A program made the translations under genes and the position numbers. This document shows, piece after piece, positions 49,577 to 59,297 of a DNA stretch of 64,000 nt. Numbering within the stretch: position 1 is the first letter of the stretch; the number at the start of each line of letters is the position of its first letter. Source of the stretch: Alphaproteobacteria bacterium (GTDB taxonomy: Bacteria; Pseudomonadota; Alphaproteobacteria; MPNO01); NCBI GenBank assembly GCA_964291675.2, contig OZ219866.1, positions 2,528,001-2,592,000 on the forward strand, written 5' to 3'. The notes beneath the pieces are model-generated. The model saw nothing but the letters and a program-made list of their open reading frames with translations, was not told where the DNA came from and did no database searches.

Positions 49577-52468
49577 TTATGCCGCGTAGACCTTGCAGAG
49601 AGTCGTCTTCGTCTCCTGCATCAGCGTGACCGAATCGTAGCCGTAGGTCTGCGCGGTGTTGCTGCTCTCGCCCAGCACGAAGGGGTCGGCGCCCTCGGGA
49701 TATTTGTGCCGGAGGTCCTTGCCCTGGAAATGCCCGCCGAAGTGGAAGGGCATGAACACCACCCCGGCCCCGACGCGTTCGGTGACCATGGCCATGACCT
49801 TGACCTTGGCCCCCTCGGCACCTTCGACCCAGACCTGCGCCCCGTTCCTGACGCCGAGATCGTTGGCGTCGCGCGGGTTGATCTCCACGAACATGTCCTG
49901 CTGAAGCTCGGCGAGCCAGCGGTTGGACCGCGACTCGTCGCCGCCGCCCTCGTACTCGACGAGACGGCCCGAGGTGAGGATCAGCGGATAGTCCTTGGAG
50001 AAATCCTGCTTCTGGATCGAGGCGTACATGGTGGGCAGGCGGTAGAGCTTGCGATCCGAATAGGTCGGATAGTCCTTCACCAGATCGCGGTCCGGAGCGT
50101 AGAGCGGCTCCCTGTGCAGCGGGATCGGATCCGGGAAGTTCCACACCACCGCGCGCGCCTTGGCGTTGCCGAACGGCGCGCACTCATGCTTGATGGCGAC
50201 CCGCTGGATGCCGCCCGAAAGGTCGGTCTTCCAGTTGGTCTTCGCACCGGCCACGGCGTCGATCGCGGCACGCTCCTCCGCCGTCAGGTCCTTGTCCCAT
50301 CCCAGGTCCATCAGCATCTGCATGGTGAACTCGGGATAGCCGTCCTGGATCTCCGAACCGGCCGAGTACACGCCCTCGGCCAGCAGGTTCTGGCCGTTGC
50401 GCTCCACGCCGAACCGGGCGCGGAAGGTCAGCCCGCCCTCCGAGACACGCTTGGACATGTCGTAGAGGTTGGGGGTGCCGGGATGCCCCATCTTGGCGGT
50501 GCCCCAGCAGGGCCACGGCATGCCGTAATAATCGCCGTCCGCCGGTCCGCCCACGGCCTGCAGCGTCGTCTTGTCGAACGTGTGCTGGTTGGCCATGTGC
50601 AGCTTGAGACGCTCCGGCGACTGGCCGGTATAGCCGATGGTCCACATGCCGGCGTTGATCTCGAGGGTGATGTCCTCGACGCTCGGCTCGTCGCCGTCCA
50701 GCTTGATGTTGCGGAAGAACCGGTCCGCCCAGCCGAACTTCTTGGCGAACTTCGCCATGATCACCTGGTCGGGCAGGCTCTCGAACACCGGCTCGACGAC
50801 CTTTTCGCGCCACTGGATCGAGCGGTTCGACGCGGTCACCGACCCGTAGGTTTCGAACTGGGTCGAGGCCGGCAGCAGGTAGACCCCGTCGGTGCGGTCG
50901 TGAAGCACCGCGGAGACGGTGGGATACGGGTCGATCACGACCAGCATGTCCAGCTTCTCCATGGCGGTCTTCATTTCCACCAGGCGGGTCTGCGAGTTGG
51001 GGGCGTGGCCCCACAGCACCATGGCCCGGACGTTGTCCGGCTGGTCCATGTTCTTCTTGTCTTCCAGAACGCCGTCGATCCATCGGGACACCGGGATGCC
51101 CTTCAGGTTCATCAGCTTCTTTTCCTTGCCGTCGGCGGTCTTGAGCGTCGCGAACTGCCCCTTGAGCCAGTCCAGATCCTCCTTCCAGACCCGCGCCCAG
51201 TGCGCCCAGGCGCCGGCCGAGAGGCCGTAATAGCCGGGCAGGGTGTGGGACAGGATGCCGAGGTCGGTGGCGCCCTGGACGTTGTCATGGCCGCGGAAGA
51301 TGTTGGTGCCGCCGCCCGTGGTGCCCATGTTGCCCAGCGCCAGCTGCAGCACGCAGTAGGCCCGCGTGTTGTTGTTGCCGTTGGTGTGCTGGGTGCCGCC
51401 CATGCACCAGATCACGGTGCCGGGGCGGTGGTTGGCCATGGTGCGGGCGACGCGGCGAAGCTGCGAGCCGGGCGTGCCGGTCACGCGTTCGACCTCCGCC
51501 GGGTTCCACTTCTTCACCTCCTCGCGGATCTGCTCCATGCCCCAGACCCGGGTGCGGATGAACTCCTTGTCCTCCCACCCGTTCTCGAAGAGATGCCAGA
51601 GAATGCCCCAGATCAGCGCCACGTCCGAGCCCGGGCGGAACCGCACGTACTCGTCGGCATGCGCCGCGGTGCGGGTGAATCTCGGGTCGCAGACGATCAG
51701 CGGCGCGTTGTTCTGCTCCTTCGCCCTGAGCACGTGCAGCAGCGAGACCGGATGGGCCTCCGCCGGGTTGCCGCCGATCAGGAAGATCGCGCGGCTGTTG
51801 TGGATGTCGTTGTAGGAGTTGGTCATGGCGCCGTAGCCCCATGTGTTGGCAACTCCCGCGACCGTGGTGGAGTGGCAGATCCGCGCCTGGTGGTCGACGT
51901 TGTTCGAGCCCCAGTAGGCGGCGAACTTGCGGAACAGATAGGCCTGCTCGTTGGAGAACTTGGCCGAGCCCAGCCAGTAGACGCTGTCCGGCCCGCTCTC
52001 CTTGCGGATCTGCATCATGCCGTCGCCGATCTCGGCGATCGCCTGGTCCCAGCTGATCCGCTGCCACTTCCCGCCGGCCTTCTTCATCGGGTATTTGAGC
52101 CGGCGTTCGCCGTTGGCGTGCTCGCGCACCGCCGCGCCCTTGGCGCAATGGGCGCCGAGGTTGAACGGGCTGTCCCAGCCGGGCTCCTGGCCGACCCAGA
52201 CGCCGTTATTGACCTCCGCCATCACGGTGCAGCCGACCGAGCAATGGGTGCACACCGACTTGGCGGTCTTCACCGCCCCCTGGACGGCTTTCTGCGCGCT
52301 CGCCCCGGTGACCATCCCGCCGGTCGCGCCGATCGCCGCCAGCCCGCCGATGGCGAGGCCGGAGCCGCGGATGAAGGTCCGCCGGTCGACCGATGTCTGC
52401 GAAATGTTCGAAAGGAGCGAAGTCCGCTGGGGGCGTCTCGCAACCCCGTTGGTCTTTTTCCTCAACAT
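49577..52468 (-). CDS. Formate dehydrogenase alpha subunit (Mo/W-bisPGD, Cys ligand, Tat signal)
   Basis: DRRTFIRG Tat motif; CTHCSVGC...CAKG; DHQARICHSTTV; RGHDNVQG; C-terminal dinucleotide-binding domain. Confidence 0.95.
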   Translation of the reverse strand: MLRKKTNGVARRPQRTSLLSNISQTSVDRRTFIRGSGLAIGGLAAIGATGGMVTGASAQKAVQGAVKTAKSVCTHCSVGCTVMAEVNNGVWVGQEPGWDSPFNLGAHCAKGAAVREHANGERRLKYPMKKAGGKWQRISWDQAIAEIGDGMMQIRKESGPDSVYWLGSAKFSNEQAYLFRKFAAYWGSNNVDHQARICHSTTVAGVANTWGYGAMTNSYNDIHNSRAIFLIGGNPAEAHPVSLLHVLRAKEQNNAPLIVCDPRFTRTAAHADEYVRFRPGSDVALIWGILWHLFENGWEDKEFIRTRVWGMEQIREEVKKWNPAEVERVTGTPGSQLRRVARTMANHRPGTVIWCMGGTQHTNGNNNTRAYCVLQLALGNMGTTGGGTNIFRGHDNVQGATDLGILSHTLPGYYGLSAGAWAHWARVWKEDLDWLKGQFATLKTADGKEKKLMNLKGIPVSRWIDGVLEDKKNMDQPDNVRAMVLWGHAPNSQTRLVEMKTAMEKLDMLVVIDPYPTVSAVLHDRTDGVYLLPASTQFETYGSVTASNRSIQWREKVVEPVFESLPDQVIMAKFAKKFGWADRFFRNIKLDGDEPSVEDITLEINAGMWTIGYTGQSPERLKLHMANQHTFDKTTLQAVGGPADGDYYGMPWPCWGTAKMGHPGTPNLYDMSKRVSEGGLTFRARFGVERNGQNLLAEGVYSAGSEIQDGYPEFTMQMLMDLGWDKDLTAEERAAIDAVAGAKTNWKTDLSGGIQRVAIKHECAPFGNAKARAVVWNFPDPIPLHREPLYAPDRDLVKDYPTYSDRKLYRLPTMYASIQKQDFSKDYPLILTSGRLVEYEGGGDESRSNRWLAELQQDMFVEINPRDANDLGVRNGAQVWVEGAEGAKVKVMAMVTERVGAGVVFMPFHFGGHFQGKDLRHKYPEGADPFVLGESSNTAQTYGYDSVTLMQETKTTLCKVYAA

Positions 52469-52573
52469 TTTCTGTCTCCCTGCGGCGCCCCGGCTAGGCC
52501 GGGCCGCCTGGTTTCGCGTCGCGACGGCAAAGGGGCGTCTCGCAACCCTCCGCCGTCCCTCCGACCGGACGGG

Positions 52574-52765
52574 TCAGAAGCGGGCGCTCTCGAAATAGGC
52601 GCGGGTATGAGGCGTGTCCCGCAGCCCTTCGCCGGTGTCCTCCACCGTCGCCGCCTCGGCCACGGTCCCCGTGGCGGCCGCCACGGCGGCTGCCGGAACC
52701 GATAGCGAGGCGAGCTTGAGGAAGTCGCGGCGTTTCGTCGGTTCGCCCTTTGTTCCGTTGGGCAT
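52574..52765 (-). CDS. Small twin-arginine-signal protein upstream of fdh alpha
   Basis: GGAGGAG RBS; KRRDFLKLA; C-terminal TPHTRAYFESARF. Confidence 0.8.
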   Translation of the reverse strand: MPNGTKGEPTKRRDFLKLASLSVPAAAVAAATGTVAEAATVEDTGEGLRDTPHTRAYFESARF

Positions 52766-52818
52766 TGATCCTCCTCCATTGAGTCGGACCGACAATAGCA
52801 CAGGTTTTCTTATGGGTG

Positions 52819-53427
52819 CTAGCCGGAAATCAGACGGAAGGCCTCTTTTTCGATCTCCATGAAGGCCCGCCCGGCCGACCCCACCGGCGCGTAAAACACC
52901 GAATTCCTTGCGCTTTCCAGGTCGGCGAAGAAATGGCCGGCCCACGGCTCGACATGCCGGTCGAAGAATCCCTTCGAGCGCTCAAGCGGCACCGGCGCGC
53001 CGAACCGCCCGACGATCATCCCGGCCATCATCTCGAGCAGGCTGGCGATGTGGTCCTCGGGCTCGAAGACGTCGTCGGCGCGGACGATGCCGAGCGCCTT
53101 CATGTCCTCCCTGAGCACGGCCAGCGGCTTCTCGTTGAGGAAGCCGGTGAGGTAGTAGCTGCCATAGGGCAGCAGCTCGCCGCGGCCGAGCCCGACGAAC
53201 AGCGTGTTGTACTCGTCCTCGACCGCGCCGGGCGTGGTCGCGCCGGCGATCCGCCCGAGCGTCCGGATCGCGCGCCCGACCTCGCTGTCGTCGCCGGCGA
53301 GCGCGGCCGACTTGCGCAGCAACTCCGCGTCGGGCGGCCGGGCCAGCAGCGCGGCCAGGAAGTCGTACATGCCGGCGCGCAGCCGGTCCTCTTCCGGGAT
53401 GCGCGCGTCGGTCTCGGCCTGCGTCAT
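52819..53427 (-). CDS. TorD/DmsD-family redox enzyme maturation chaperone
   Basis: PYGSYYLTGFL, EPEDHIA, FFDRHVEPW. Confidence 0.9.
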   Translation of the reverse strand: MTQAETDARIPEEDRLRAGMYDFLAALLARPPDAELLRKSAALAGDDSEVGRAIRTLGRIAGATTPGAVEDEYNTLFVGLGRGELLPYGSYYLTGFLNEKPLAVLREDMKALGIVRADDVFEPEDHIASLLEMMAGMIVGRFGAPVPLERSKGFFDRHVEPWAGHFFADLESARNSVFYAPVGSAGRAFMEIEKEAFRLISG

Positions 53428-54062
53428 CGGTCTCGGTCTCCCGTGTCCGGGTCGGCGAAGGCGAAGCGCATGCGGCGCGCCGCCCGCGGCGCCGCCGGGA
53501 CGTCCTCCAGCCCGCCGGGCGGCGGGTCCTCCGCGGCGGTCTCCGCCGCCGCGCCGCCGTGCCCGGGCGCCTCGTCCGGCGGCGCGGCGTTCTCGTCCTC
53601 GTCGCGCTCCTCGGCCTCGGGGGGCGCCGCGTCGTCGGCCTCGTCGGCCTCGTCGGCGTCGGCGGCCTCGGCGAGGTCCTCGTCGCGCAGCATCCCCTTG
53701 CCCACCCGGTAGACCGACTGGAGGTCGGCCATCACCGTGGCGGCGTCGCTGAAATCCTCGCCGTAATCGAGCAGCTCGTCGAGATTGGCGAGCACCGGGT
53801 TGGAGAGCCAGAGCCGGCGCAGCGCGCGGCGGCGCAGCCGCTCCGGCACCGCCTTGGCCATGAAGGCGGCGAAGTCGTCGCCCTCGCCGAGCGTGTCGGG
53901 GTCGGGCAGGTCGAGCTCGGCCAGCACCTCCTCGTCGGGCCGGTCCTCCAGCGCGCGGCGCTCGGCTTCCGCCCCGGCGTCGTCGCGGGCCGCTTCCCGG
54001 GCGCGCCTCTCCGCCTCGACCGCTTCCTTGCGGCGGGTCCAGAAATCGCCGCGCTCGCTCAA
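53424..54062 (-). CDS. DUF3306-family protein
   Basis: FWTRRKEAV, LPDPDTL, RRRALRRLW, LANLD.L.DYGEDF; TTG start overlapping the upstream stop. Confidence 0.82.
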   Translation of the reverse strand: MSERGDFWTRRKEAVEAERRAREAARDDAGAEAERRALEDRPDEEVLAELDLPDPDTLGEGDDFAAFMAKAVPERLRRRALRRLWLSNPVLANLDELLDYGEDFSDAATVMADLQSVYRVGKGMLRDEDLAEAADADEADEADDAAPPEAEERDEDENAAPPDEAPGHGGAAAETAAEDPPPGGLEDVPAAPRAARRMRFAFADPDTGDRDR

Positions 54063-54646
54063 TGCACCCGCTCCCCGCCCGGCCGGCGCGGCGCCCGGTA
54101 GACGTCGGTGAGCTGGCGGATGCGCGGATCGCCCCGGCCGTCCTCCGCCTCGCCCTCTTTGCGGTTGTCGCGCTTGCGCTTGACGAACGCCTCGTCCTCG
54201 TGGTGCCGGTCGACGAAGTCGCGCACCAGCGCCGCCAGGGCTTCCGGCATCGGCACCTGCTCGACGATCTCCTCGCCGCTGTCGAGATAGTCCTGCGCCT
54301 CGTAGGGCGAGGCGGTGGCCAGCAGCACCTCGACCGGCCGGGCCTCGTCCCCGGCCTCGCGCAGCACCACATAGACCGCCGGCACCTCGGTGGTCAGCTC
54401 GGCGAGATAGGCTTCGGTGTCGGACGGCCAGAGCTCCATCGCCACGGTGGCGGCGTGGTACTCGACGGTCTCGCCCTCGCGGCGCAGCTCCAGCCAGTCC
54501 GCCTCGCCCGCGCCCGGCAGCACCGCGACCACCCGCCACGACCAGCGCGCCCAGCGGGTGACGCCGGGGGATCTGCGGATCACCACGCCGAGCGGCACGG
54601 AGGTGTCGCTCGGGTGCATGACCCGCACCGCTTTCTGCTCGGACAA
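54059..54646 (-). CDS. DUF3305-family protein
   Basis: PGVTRW..WSW, TASPYEAQDYLD.GE, FVKRKRD; start 54646 or 54619. Confidence 0.82.
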   Translation of the reverse strand: MSEQKAVRVMHPSDTSVPLGVVIRRSPGVTRWARWSWRVVAVLPGAGEADWLELRREGETVEYHAATVAMELWPSDTEAYLAELTTEVPAVYVVLREAGDEARPVEVLLATASPYEAQDYLDSGEEIVEQVPMPEALAALVRDFVDRHHEDEAFVKRKRDNRKEGEAEDGRGDPRIRQLTDVYRAPRRPGGERVH

Positions 54647-54772
54647 GCCCGGCTCCCGGCCGTGAAGACCGGCGGATTATGGTCGAACCCGCCGGGCGGA
54701 GCCACCCTCGGGACCGGAGTTCGCGCTCGAACTCCGCCCGGGTTCATCCGCGCGGGCATGGACGAAAAGGCG

Positions 54773-54896
54773 CGTCCTTCGATACGCCCGCCTGCGGCGG
54801 GCTACTCAGGATGAGGGCGGGTCGTTGGGGCGGGTGAGGCCCCAAGGAACACACCTCATCCCGAGTAGGCCCCGCAGGGGCCGTATCGAGGGACGC
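54773..54896. repeat. Second intergenic palindromic repeat family (CCTCATCCTGAG...CGTATCGAAGGA), inverted pair
   Basis: tccttcgatacgcccgcctgcggcgggctactcaggatgagg and cctcatcccgagtaggccccgcaggggccgtatcgaggga; related copies near 3400-3480, 3690, 17227, 57863-57969 and 59278. Confidence 0.75.
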
Positions 54897-54982
54897 CCGC
54901 CAACCGCCTTGCCAGCCGTGCCTTCGCGGGCCTAGGCTGCGCCACGCCAACCGTACCGGGCCGCCGGGCCGGGGAGGATGCG

Positions 54983-56944
54983 TTGCCGAAAACCCTCGTT
55001 CTGTGCGACTGCCTGGGCAGCCAGGCGGTCGACCGCGACGCCATCGCGACCGATGCCGAGGTCGTGTGCACGCGCATCCACTCGGCGCTGTGCACGACCG
55101 AGATCGAGGAGGCCGCGAAGGCGATCGCCGGCGGCGAGGCGATCCTCGCCTGCCAGCAGGAGCGCCCGCGCTTCGAGGAGCTGGCCGACGAGATCGGCGC
55201 CCCGATGCCGGATTTCGTCGACATCCGCGACCGCGCCGGCTGGTCGGACGAGGCGGTCGATGCCGGCCCCAAGCAGGCCGCCCTGGTGGCCGAGGCGCTG
55301 CTGCCGCCCGCCGCGGCGCGCACCGTCGACGTCGAGTCCGAGGGGCGCTGCCTGATCCTCGGCAAGTCGGCGGTCGCGCTGCCCGCCGCCGAGCGGCTGT
55401 CGGCCACGCTCGCGGTGACGGTGCTGCTGTCGGATGCCGCCGACGATCTGCCGCTCGACCGCGGCTACGACGCGATCGCCGGCAACCTGGTGCGGGCCTC
55501 GGGCGCGCTCGGCGGCTTCGGCCTGCGCATCGACGGGTTCCGCCAGGTCGAGCCCGGCGGGCGCGGCGGCTTCCGGCTGACCGAGCCGCGCGACGGCGCG
55601 CGGTCCGAATGCGACCTGATCCTCGACCTCTCCGGCGGGACTCCGCTGTTCCCGGCGCACGCCAAGCGCGAGGGCTATCTGCGGGCCGACCCGCGCGATC
55701 CCAATGCGGTGGCGGCGGCGGTGTTCGAGGCCGGCCAGGCGGTCGGCACCTTCGAGAAGCCGCTCTACGTGCGCCTCGACGAGACGCTCTGCGCGCATTC
55801 GCGGGCCGGCCAGCCGGGCTGCTCCAAATGCCTCGATTCCTGCCCGACCTCGGCGATCGCGCCGGCCGGCGACCATGTGGCGCTCGACCCCATGGTCTGC
55901 GCCGGCTGCGGCGCCTGCGCGGCGCTCTGCCCGTCGGGCGCGATCTCCTACGACGCGCCGCCGTCGGCGGCGCTCTACCGGCGCATGGAGACGCTGGCCT
56001 CTTCCTTCCGCGCGGCCGGCGGGGCGGCGCCGCGCCTGCTGGTGCTCGATTCCGAATTCGGCGCCGAGATGGTGGCGCTGTTCGCCCGCTTCGGCCGCGG
56101 CCTGCCCGCCGACGCGATCCCGCTGGAGCTGGAGACGCTGGCCCGTTTCGGCCATGCCGAGATGCTGGCGGCGCTGGCCCTCGGCTTCGCCCATGTCGAC
56201 ATCCTGCTGGCGCCCGCGACCGAGCGCGAGGTGCTGGAAGGCGAGATGGCGCTGGCCGCGGCGATGGGCGGCGAGGGGCGTCTCCGCCTGCTCGATCTCG
56301 GCGATCCCGACGCGCTCGGCGAGGCGCTCTACGATGCGGAGACCCCGCCGCCGGCGGCCGAGCCGGTTTTGCCGATGGGCTCGCGCCGCCAGGTGGCGCG
56401 GCTCGCCGCCAAGGCGCTGAACCCCGGCAGCGCCGACGTCCTCGACCTGCCCGCGGGCGCGCCCTACGGCGCGATCGAGGTCGACAAGGAGGCGTGCACG
56501 CTCTGCCTCGCCTGCGTCTCGCTCTGCCCGTCGGGCGCGCTCGCCGACAACCCGGACAAGCCGCAGCTCCGCTTCCAGGAGGATGCCTGCCTGCAATGCG
56601 GGCTGTGCCGCCAGGTCTGCCCGGAGAACGCGGTGACGCTGGTCCCGCAATTCGACCTCTCCGACGCGGCGTTCGACCAGCAGGTGCTGAACGAGGAAGA
56701 GCCCTACGCGTGCATCGAATGCGGCAAGCCCTTCGGGGTGAAGTCGACGGTCGAGCGAATCGTCGCCCAGCTCGCCGGCAAGCACTCGATGTTCGAGAGC
56801 GAGCAGGCCTCCCGCATGATCCGCATGTGCGACGACTGCCGCATCGGCGCGCAGTACCATTCCGAGAACAACCCCTTCGCCGCCGGCGACCGCCCCCGCG
56901 TGCGCGTCACCGACGACTATTTCTCCAAGCGCCGGGATCACTGA
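54983..56944 (+). CDS. Multi-[4Fe-4S] ferredoxin-like protein associated with fdh clusters
   Basis: TTG start after GGAGG; several CxxCxxCxxxCP motifs; N-terminal LCDC...C...ACQQE. Confidence 0.88.
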   Translation: MPKTLVLCDCLGSQAVDRDAIATDAEVVCTRIHSALCTTEIEEAAKAIAGGEAILACQQERPRFEELADEIGAPMPDFVDIRDRAGWSDEAVDAGPKQAALVAEALLPPAAARTVDVESEGRCLILGKSAVALPAAERLSATLAVTVLLSDAADDLPLDRGYDAIAGNLVRASGALGGFGLRIDGFRQVEPGGRGGFRLTEPRDGARSECDLILDLSGGTPLFPAHAKREGYLRADPRDPNAVAAAVFEAGQAVGTFEKPLYVRLDETLCAHSRAGQPGCSKCLDSCPTSAIAPAGDHVALDPMVCAGCGACAALCPSGAISYDAPPSAALYRRMETLASSFRAAGGAAPRLLVLDSEFGAEMVALFARFGRGLPADAIPLELETLARFGHAEMLAALALGFAHVDILLAPATEREVLEGEMALAAAMGGEGRLRLLDLGDPDALGEALYDAETPPPAAEPVLPMGSRRQVARLAAKALNPGSADVLDLPAGAPYGAIEVDKEACTLCLACVSLCPSGALADNPDKPQLRFQEDACLQCGLCRQVCPENAVTLVPQFDLSDAAFDQQVLNEEEPYACIECGKPFGVKSTVERIVAQLAGKHSMFESEQASRMIRMCDDCRIGAQYHSENNPFAAGDRPRVRVTDDYFSKRRDH

Positions 56945-57009
56945 GGGGGGGAAGGGCCGGTGTCCCGGTTGCGAAGTTCGTTGCCGTTCGATGCCCTGTC
57001 TCTCCCCCC

Positions 57010-57060
57010 GTCATGCCCGGCCCCCGGATCAAGTCCGGGGGTGATCCGGGCATCCATGGG
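57010..57060. repeat. REP-like element with an internal CCCCCGGATCAAGTCCGGGGG hairpin
   Basis: Near-identical to 3501-3546. Confidence 0.8.
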
Positions 57061-57211
57061 CGGGGCTGGGATATCTGCGCGCGCAGGCCTGAGCGGCGGT
57101 GCGCGCGGCCCGGCCGGCGCATCGGGCGCGGCGAGCGCGCGATGGTCGCGGACGAACGGGCCGCGCGCATGATCCGGGCCGCGCGCCGGTCTCGCCCCCG
57201 GCGCGGCGCGG

Positions 57212-57706
57212 CTAGGCCGCGCGCTTGCGGCGCGGTCCGCGCCAGCCCTTGGGGCTGGCGACCACGTCGAAACGGAGCGCCGGCGGCGAATCGTCGATCC
57301 GCCAGAGCCCCATCTCCACGGCGAAATGCCCGTGCGCCCCGCGGTTCAGCATCTCGATGGCGAAGCGGTGCTCGGGGATGAAGCGCTCCGCCAGCCAGAC
57401 CGAGGCGTCCGTATCCGACTGGTCGGCGCGGACCAGCAGCCTGCCGAAGCAGTCGTGCCGGGTCTCGCCGAGCTGGGCCTCGACCGCCACGACGGCGCCG
57501 CTGTCGGTGTCGCGGCAGATCAGCCCGGCGCGGTCCCGGCCGGGGACGAGCGTCCCGGTCGCCGGCGCGAACCGGTAGCCGAGCGCGGTGCCAAGGCATC
57601 GCAGGCGGTCCGGCTCGGCGAACCAGGTGGCGAAGCGGGACCGGTCGCCGTCCAGCAGGGTGTCGAAGCCGACGCGGTGCCAGTCGCCGAAACGGGGATA
57701 TGTCAT
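57212..57706 (-). CDS. Degenerate PD-(D/E)xK-like protein resembling the N-terminal domain of DUF4268-type proteins
   Basis: FATWFAE, VEAQLGETRH, VWLAERF.PEHR, LWRIDDSPPA.RF.VVASP.GW. Confidence 0.6.
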   Translation of the reverse strand: MTYPRFGDWHRVGFDTLLDGDRSRFATWFAEPDRLRCLGTALGYRFAPATGTLVPGRDRAGLICRDTDSGAVVAVEAQLGETRHDCFGRLLVRADQSDTDASVWLAERFIPEHRFAIEMLNRGAHGHFAVEMGLWRIDDSPPALRFDVVASPKGWRGPRRKRAA

Positions 57707-57743
57707 GCTGCCTGTCTCCATGTTGCCGATGGGTGGCGGCCAC

Positions 57744-57775
57744 AAAAAGGGGCGCCGGGGTCTCTCCCGGCGCCC
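57744..57775 (-). terminator. Intrinsic terminator
   Basis: Minus strand GGGCGCCGGG-agagac-CCCGGCGCCC followed by CTTTTT. Confidence 0.75.
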
Positions 57776-57792
57776 ATTTCGCGACCATGGAA

Positions 57793-57821
57793 AATATATG
57801 CCAAAACGCGTCCCATGTCAA
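57793..57821 (-). promoter_or_regulatory. Sigma70-type promoter
   Basis: Minus strand TTGACA-N17-TATATT. Confidence 0.65.
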
Positions 57822-57977
57822 GCACTATTTGCGATAACAGGCAATTTTCTGGCCGGGGCACGACCCTCGATACGGCGCTGGAGCGCCTGTTCGGGATGCG
57901 GGAGAGTCGATGGGCGTCCCAGCCCCTCAACCCGGGTAGCCCGCCGCAGGCGGGCGTATCGAAGGACGCCCACCGCC

Positions 57978-58295
57978 TCACCCGCCGAGCTCGTCGAACC
58001 AGGTCAGCGCCGGCAGGTTGCGGCGTCGGTGGACGATCCGGAGGATCACCGGCGCGCCGCCGGCCGCCTCGATGCGCGCGAAGAAGACGACATGCCGCCG
58101 GTAGGTCACCGAGCGCAGGCCCGGGGCGAACAGGCTGCGGTCGCGACCGCTGTCCGGATCGGCCGATATGCTCTCGAAGACCCCGACCATCCCCCGGTAG
58201 TAGTCCAGCCACCGGTCGCGGCCCCAGCGCGCCAGCGTGTAGTCGCGGATGTCGTCGAGGTCCCGCCGCGCCAGACGGGACAGCCGGATCGCCAC
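57978..58295 (-). CDS. parE: Type II toxin, RelE/ParE family
   Basis: LSRLARRDLDDIRDYT..RWG, YRRHVVFF, ILRIVH. Confidence 0.85.
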   Translation of the reverse strand: MAIRLSRLARRDLDDIRDYTLARWGRDRWLDYYRGMVGVFESISADPDSGRDRSLFAPGLRSVTYRRHVVFFARIEAAGGAPVILRIVHRRRNLPALTWFDELGG

Positions 58296-58305
58296 GACGC
58301 GGCGG

Positions 58306-58554
58306 CTATTCCGGCCCGGCGCCGGGTTCGTAATCCGCCGGATCGAACTCGGCGAAGCCGCCCGCCTCCGCCTCGCTCACGGCCTCCTCCAGCTCGGCCT
58401 TGAGCGCATGGAACTGGCGGGCGCCGTCGCGTTCCATCAGCAGCCGGACCCCGGCGCGCACGACCTCGCTCAGATTGGCATAGGCGCCGGTCTCGATCTG
58501 GCGTCGAACGTAATCCTCCATCGGACGGGTGAGGTGCACGTTCGGCATGTCCAT
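58306..58554 (-). CDS. parD: Type II antitoxin, ParD family (RHH)
   Basis: IETGAYANLSEVVRAGVRLL; directly upstream of parE. Confidence 0.85.
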   Translation of the reverse strand: MDMPNVHLTRPMEDYVRRQIETGAYANLSEVVRAGVRLLMERDGARQFHALKAELEEAVSEAEAGGFAEFDPADYEPGAGPE

Positions 58555-58564
58555 GCTCCGCTAT

Positions 58565-58608
58565 GTCCAATATTGTCCGATTCTGCTATACACCGCCCCG
58601 CCGGTCAA
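58565..58608 (-). promoter_or_regulatory. Putative parDE promoter/operator
   Basis: Minus strand TTGACC-N17-CAGAAT, then the palindrome CAATATTG flanked by GGACA repeats. Confidence 0.45.
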
Positions 58609-58760
58609 CCGCCGGCGCTCGCCCCCCAACCCGTCACGGCCGGCCCCCGGATCAAGTCCGGGGATGTTCCTCTGCCGTCCGGTCTCGACTTTCGACGCGG
58701 GCCGCACCCGGCTCTCCTTGCTCCTCCACCGCCACCGCCCCGTCATGGCCGGACTTGATC

Positions 58761-59175
58761 CACAGCTGTCCGGTTTAGCCTTCGACGCGGGTCGCGCCCG
58801 GCGTTCCCCGCCCCATCACCATGCCTCCCCCCATCGTCATGCCCGGACTTGATCCGGGCATCCACTGGCGCCGCCGCCCCTCCCGACGGGGCGTTGTACC
58901 GGTGGCGCCAGTGGTTGCGCGGATCGAGTCCGCGCATGGGTGGCCGGATCAAGTCCGGCCATGACGGGGTGGGGGTCGCGGTGGAGGAGTACGGGAGCCG
59001 GGTGCGGCCCGCCCCGCCCGTGGGTGCCCGGAACGAGGCCGGGGTGACAACGGAGGGGCAGGGACGGCAAGTGCGGGCGTGCGGCGATCCGTGTCCCGAT
59101 CCGGCGGATGCGCCGATATCCCCCCCGGAACAAGGCTTTGCGCCCGGTCCAGCTGATCTAAACCGGACAGCAGTG
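58761..59175. mobile_element. MITE-like element with 18-bp terminal inverted repeats inserted into a REP
   Basis: Left CACAGCTGTCCGGTTTAG, right CTAAACCGGACAGCAGTG (17/18 match); flanked by GACTTGATC / GACTTGTTC; contains another REP pair (58837-58965). Confidence 0.7.
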
Positions 59176-59297
59176 GACTTGTTCCGGCCATCCATGCGGC
59201 CCCTCCGCGCGCATGGCGGTCGGTGGGAGGGCGGCGGCGCCCATGGGTGCCCGGATCACCCCCGGACTCGATCCGGGGCGTATCGAAGGACGCCCCC

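Noticed and set aside
49577-52468. Selenocysteine in FDH alpha
   Set aside because: The active-site motif reads ARICHS with a TGC Cys codon; there is no in-frame TGA.
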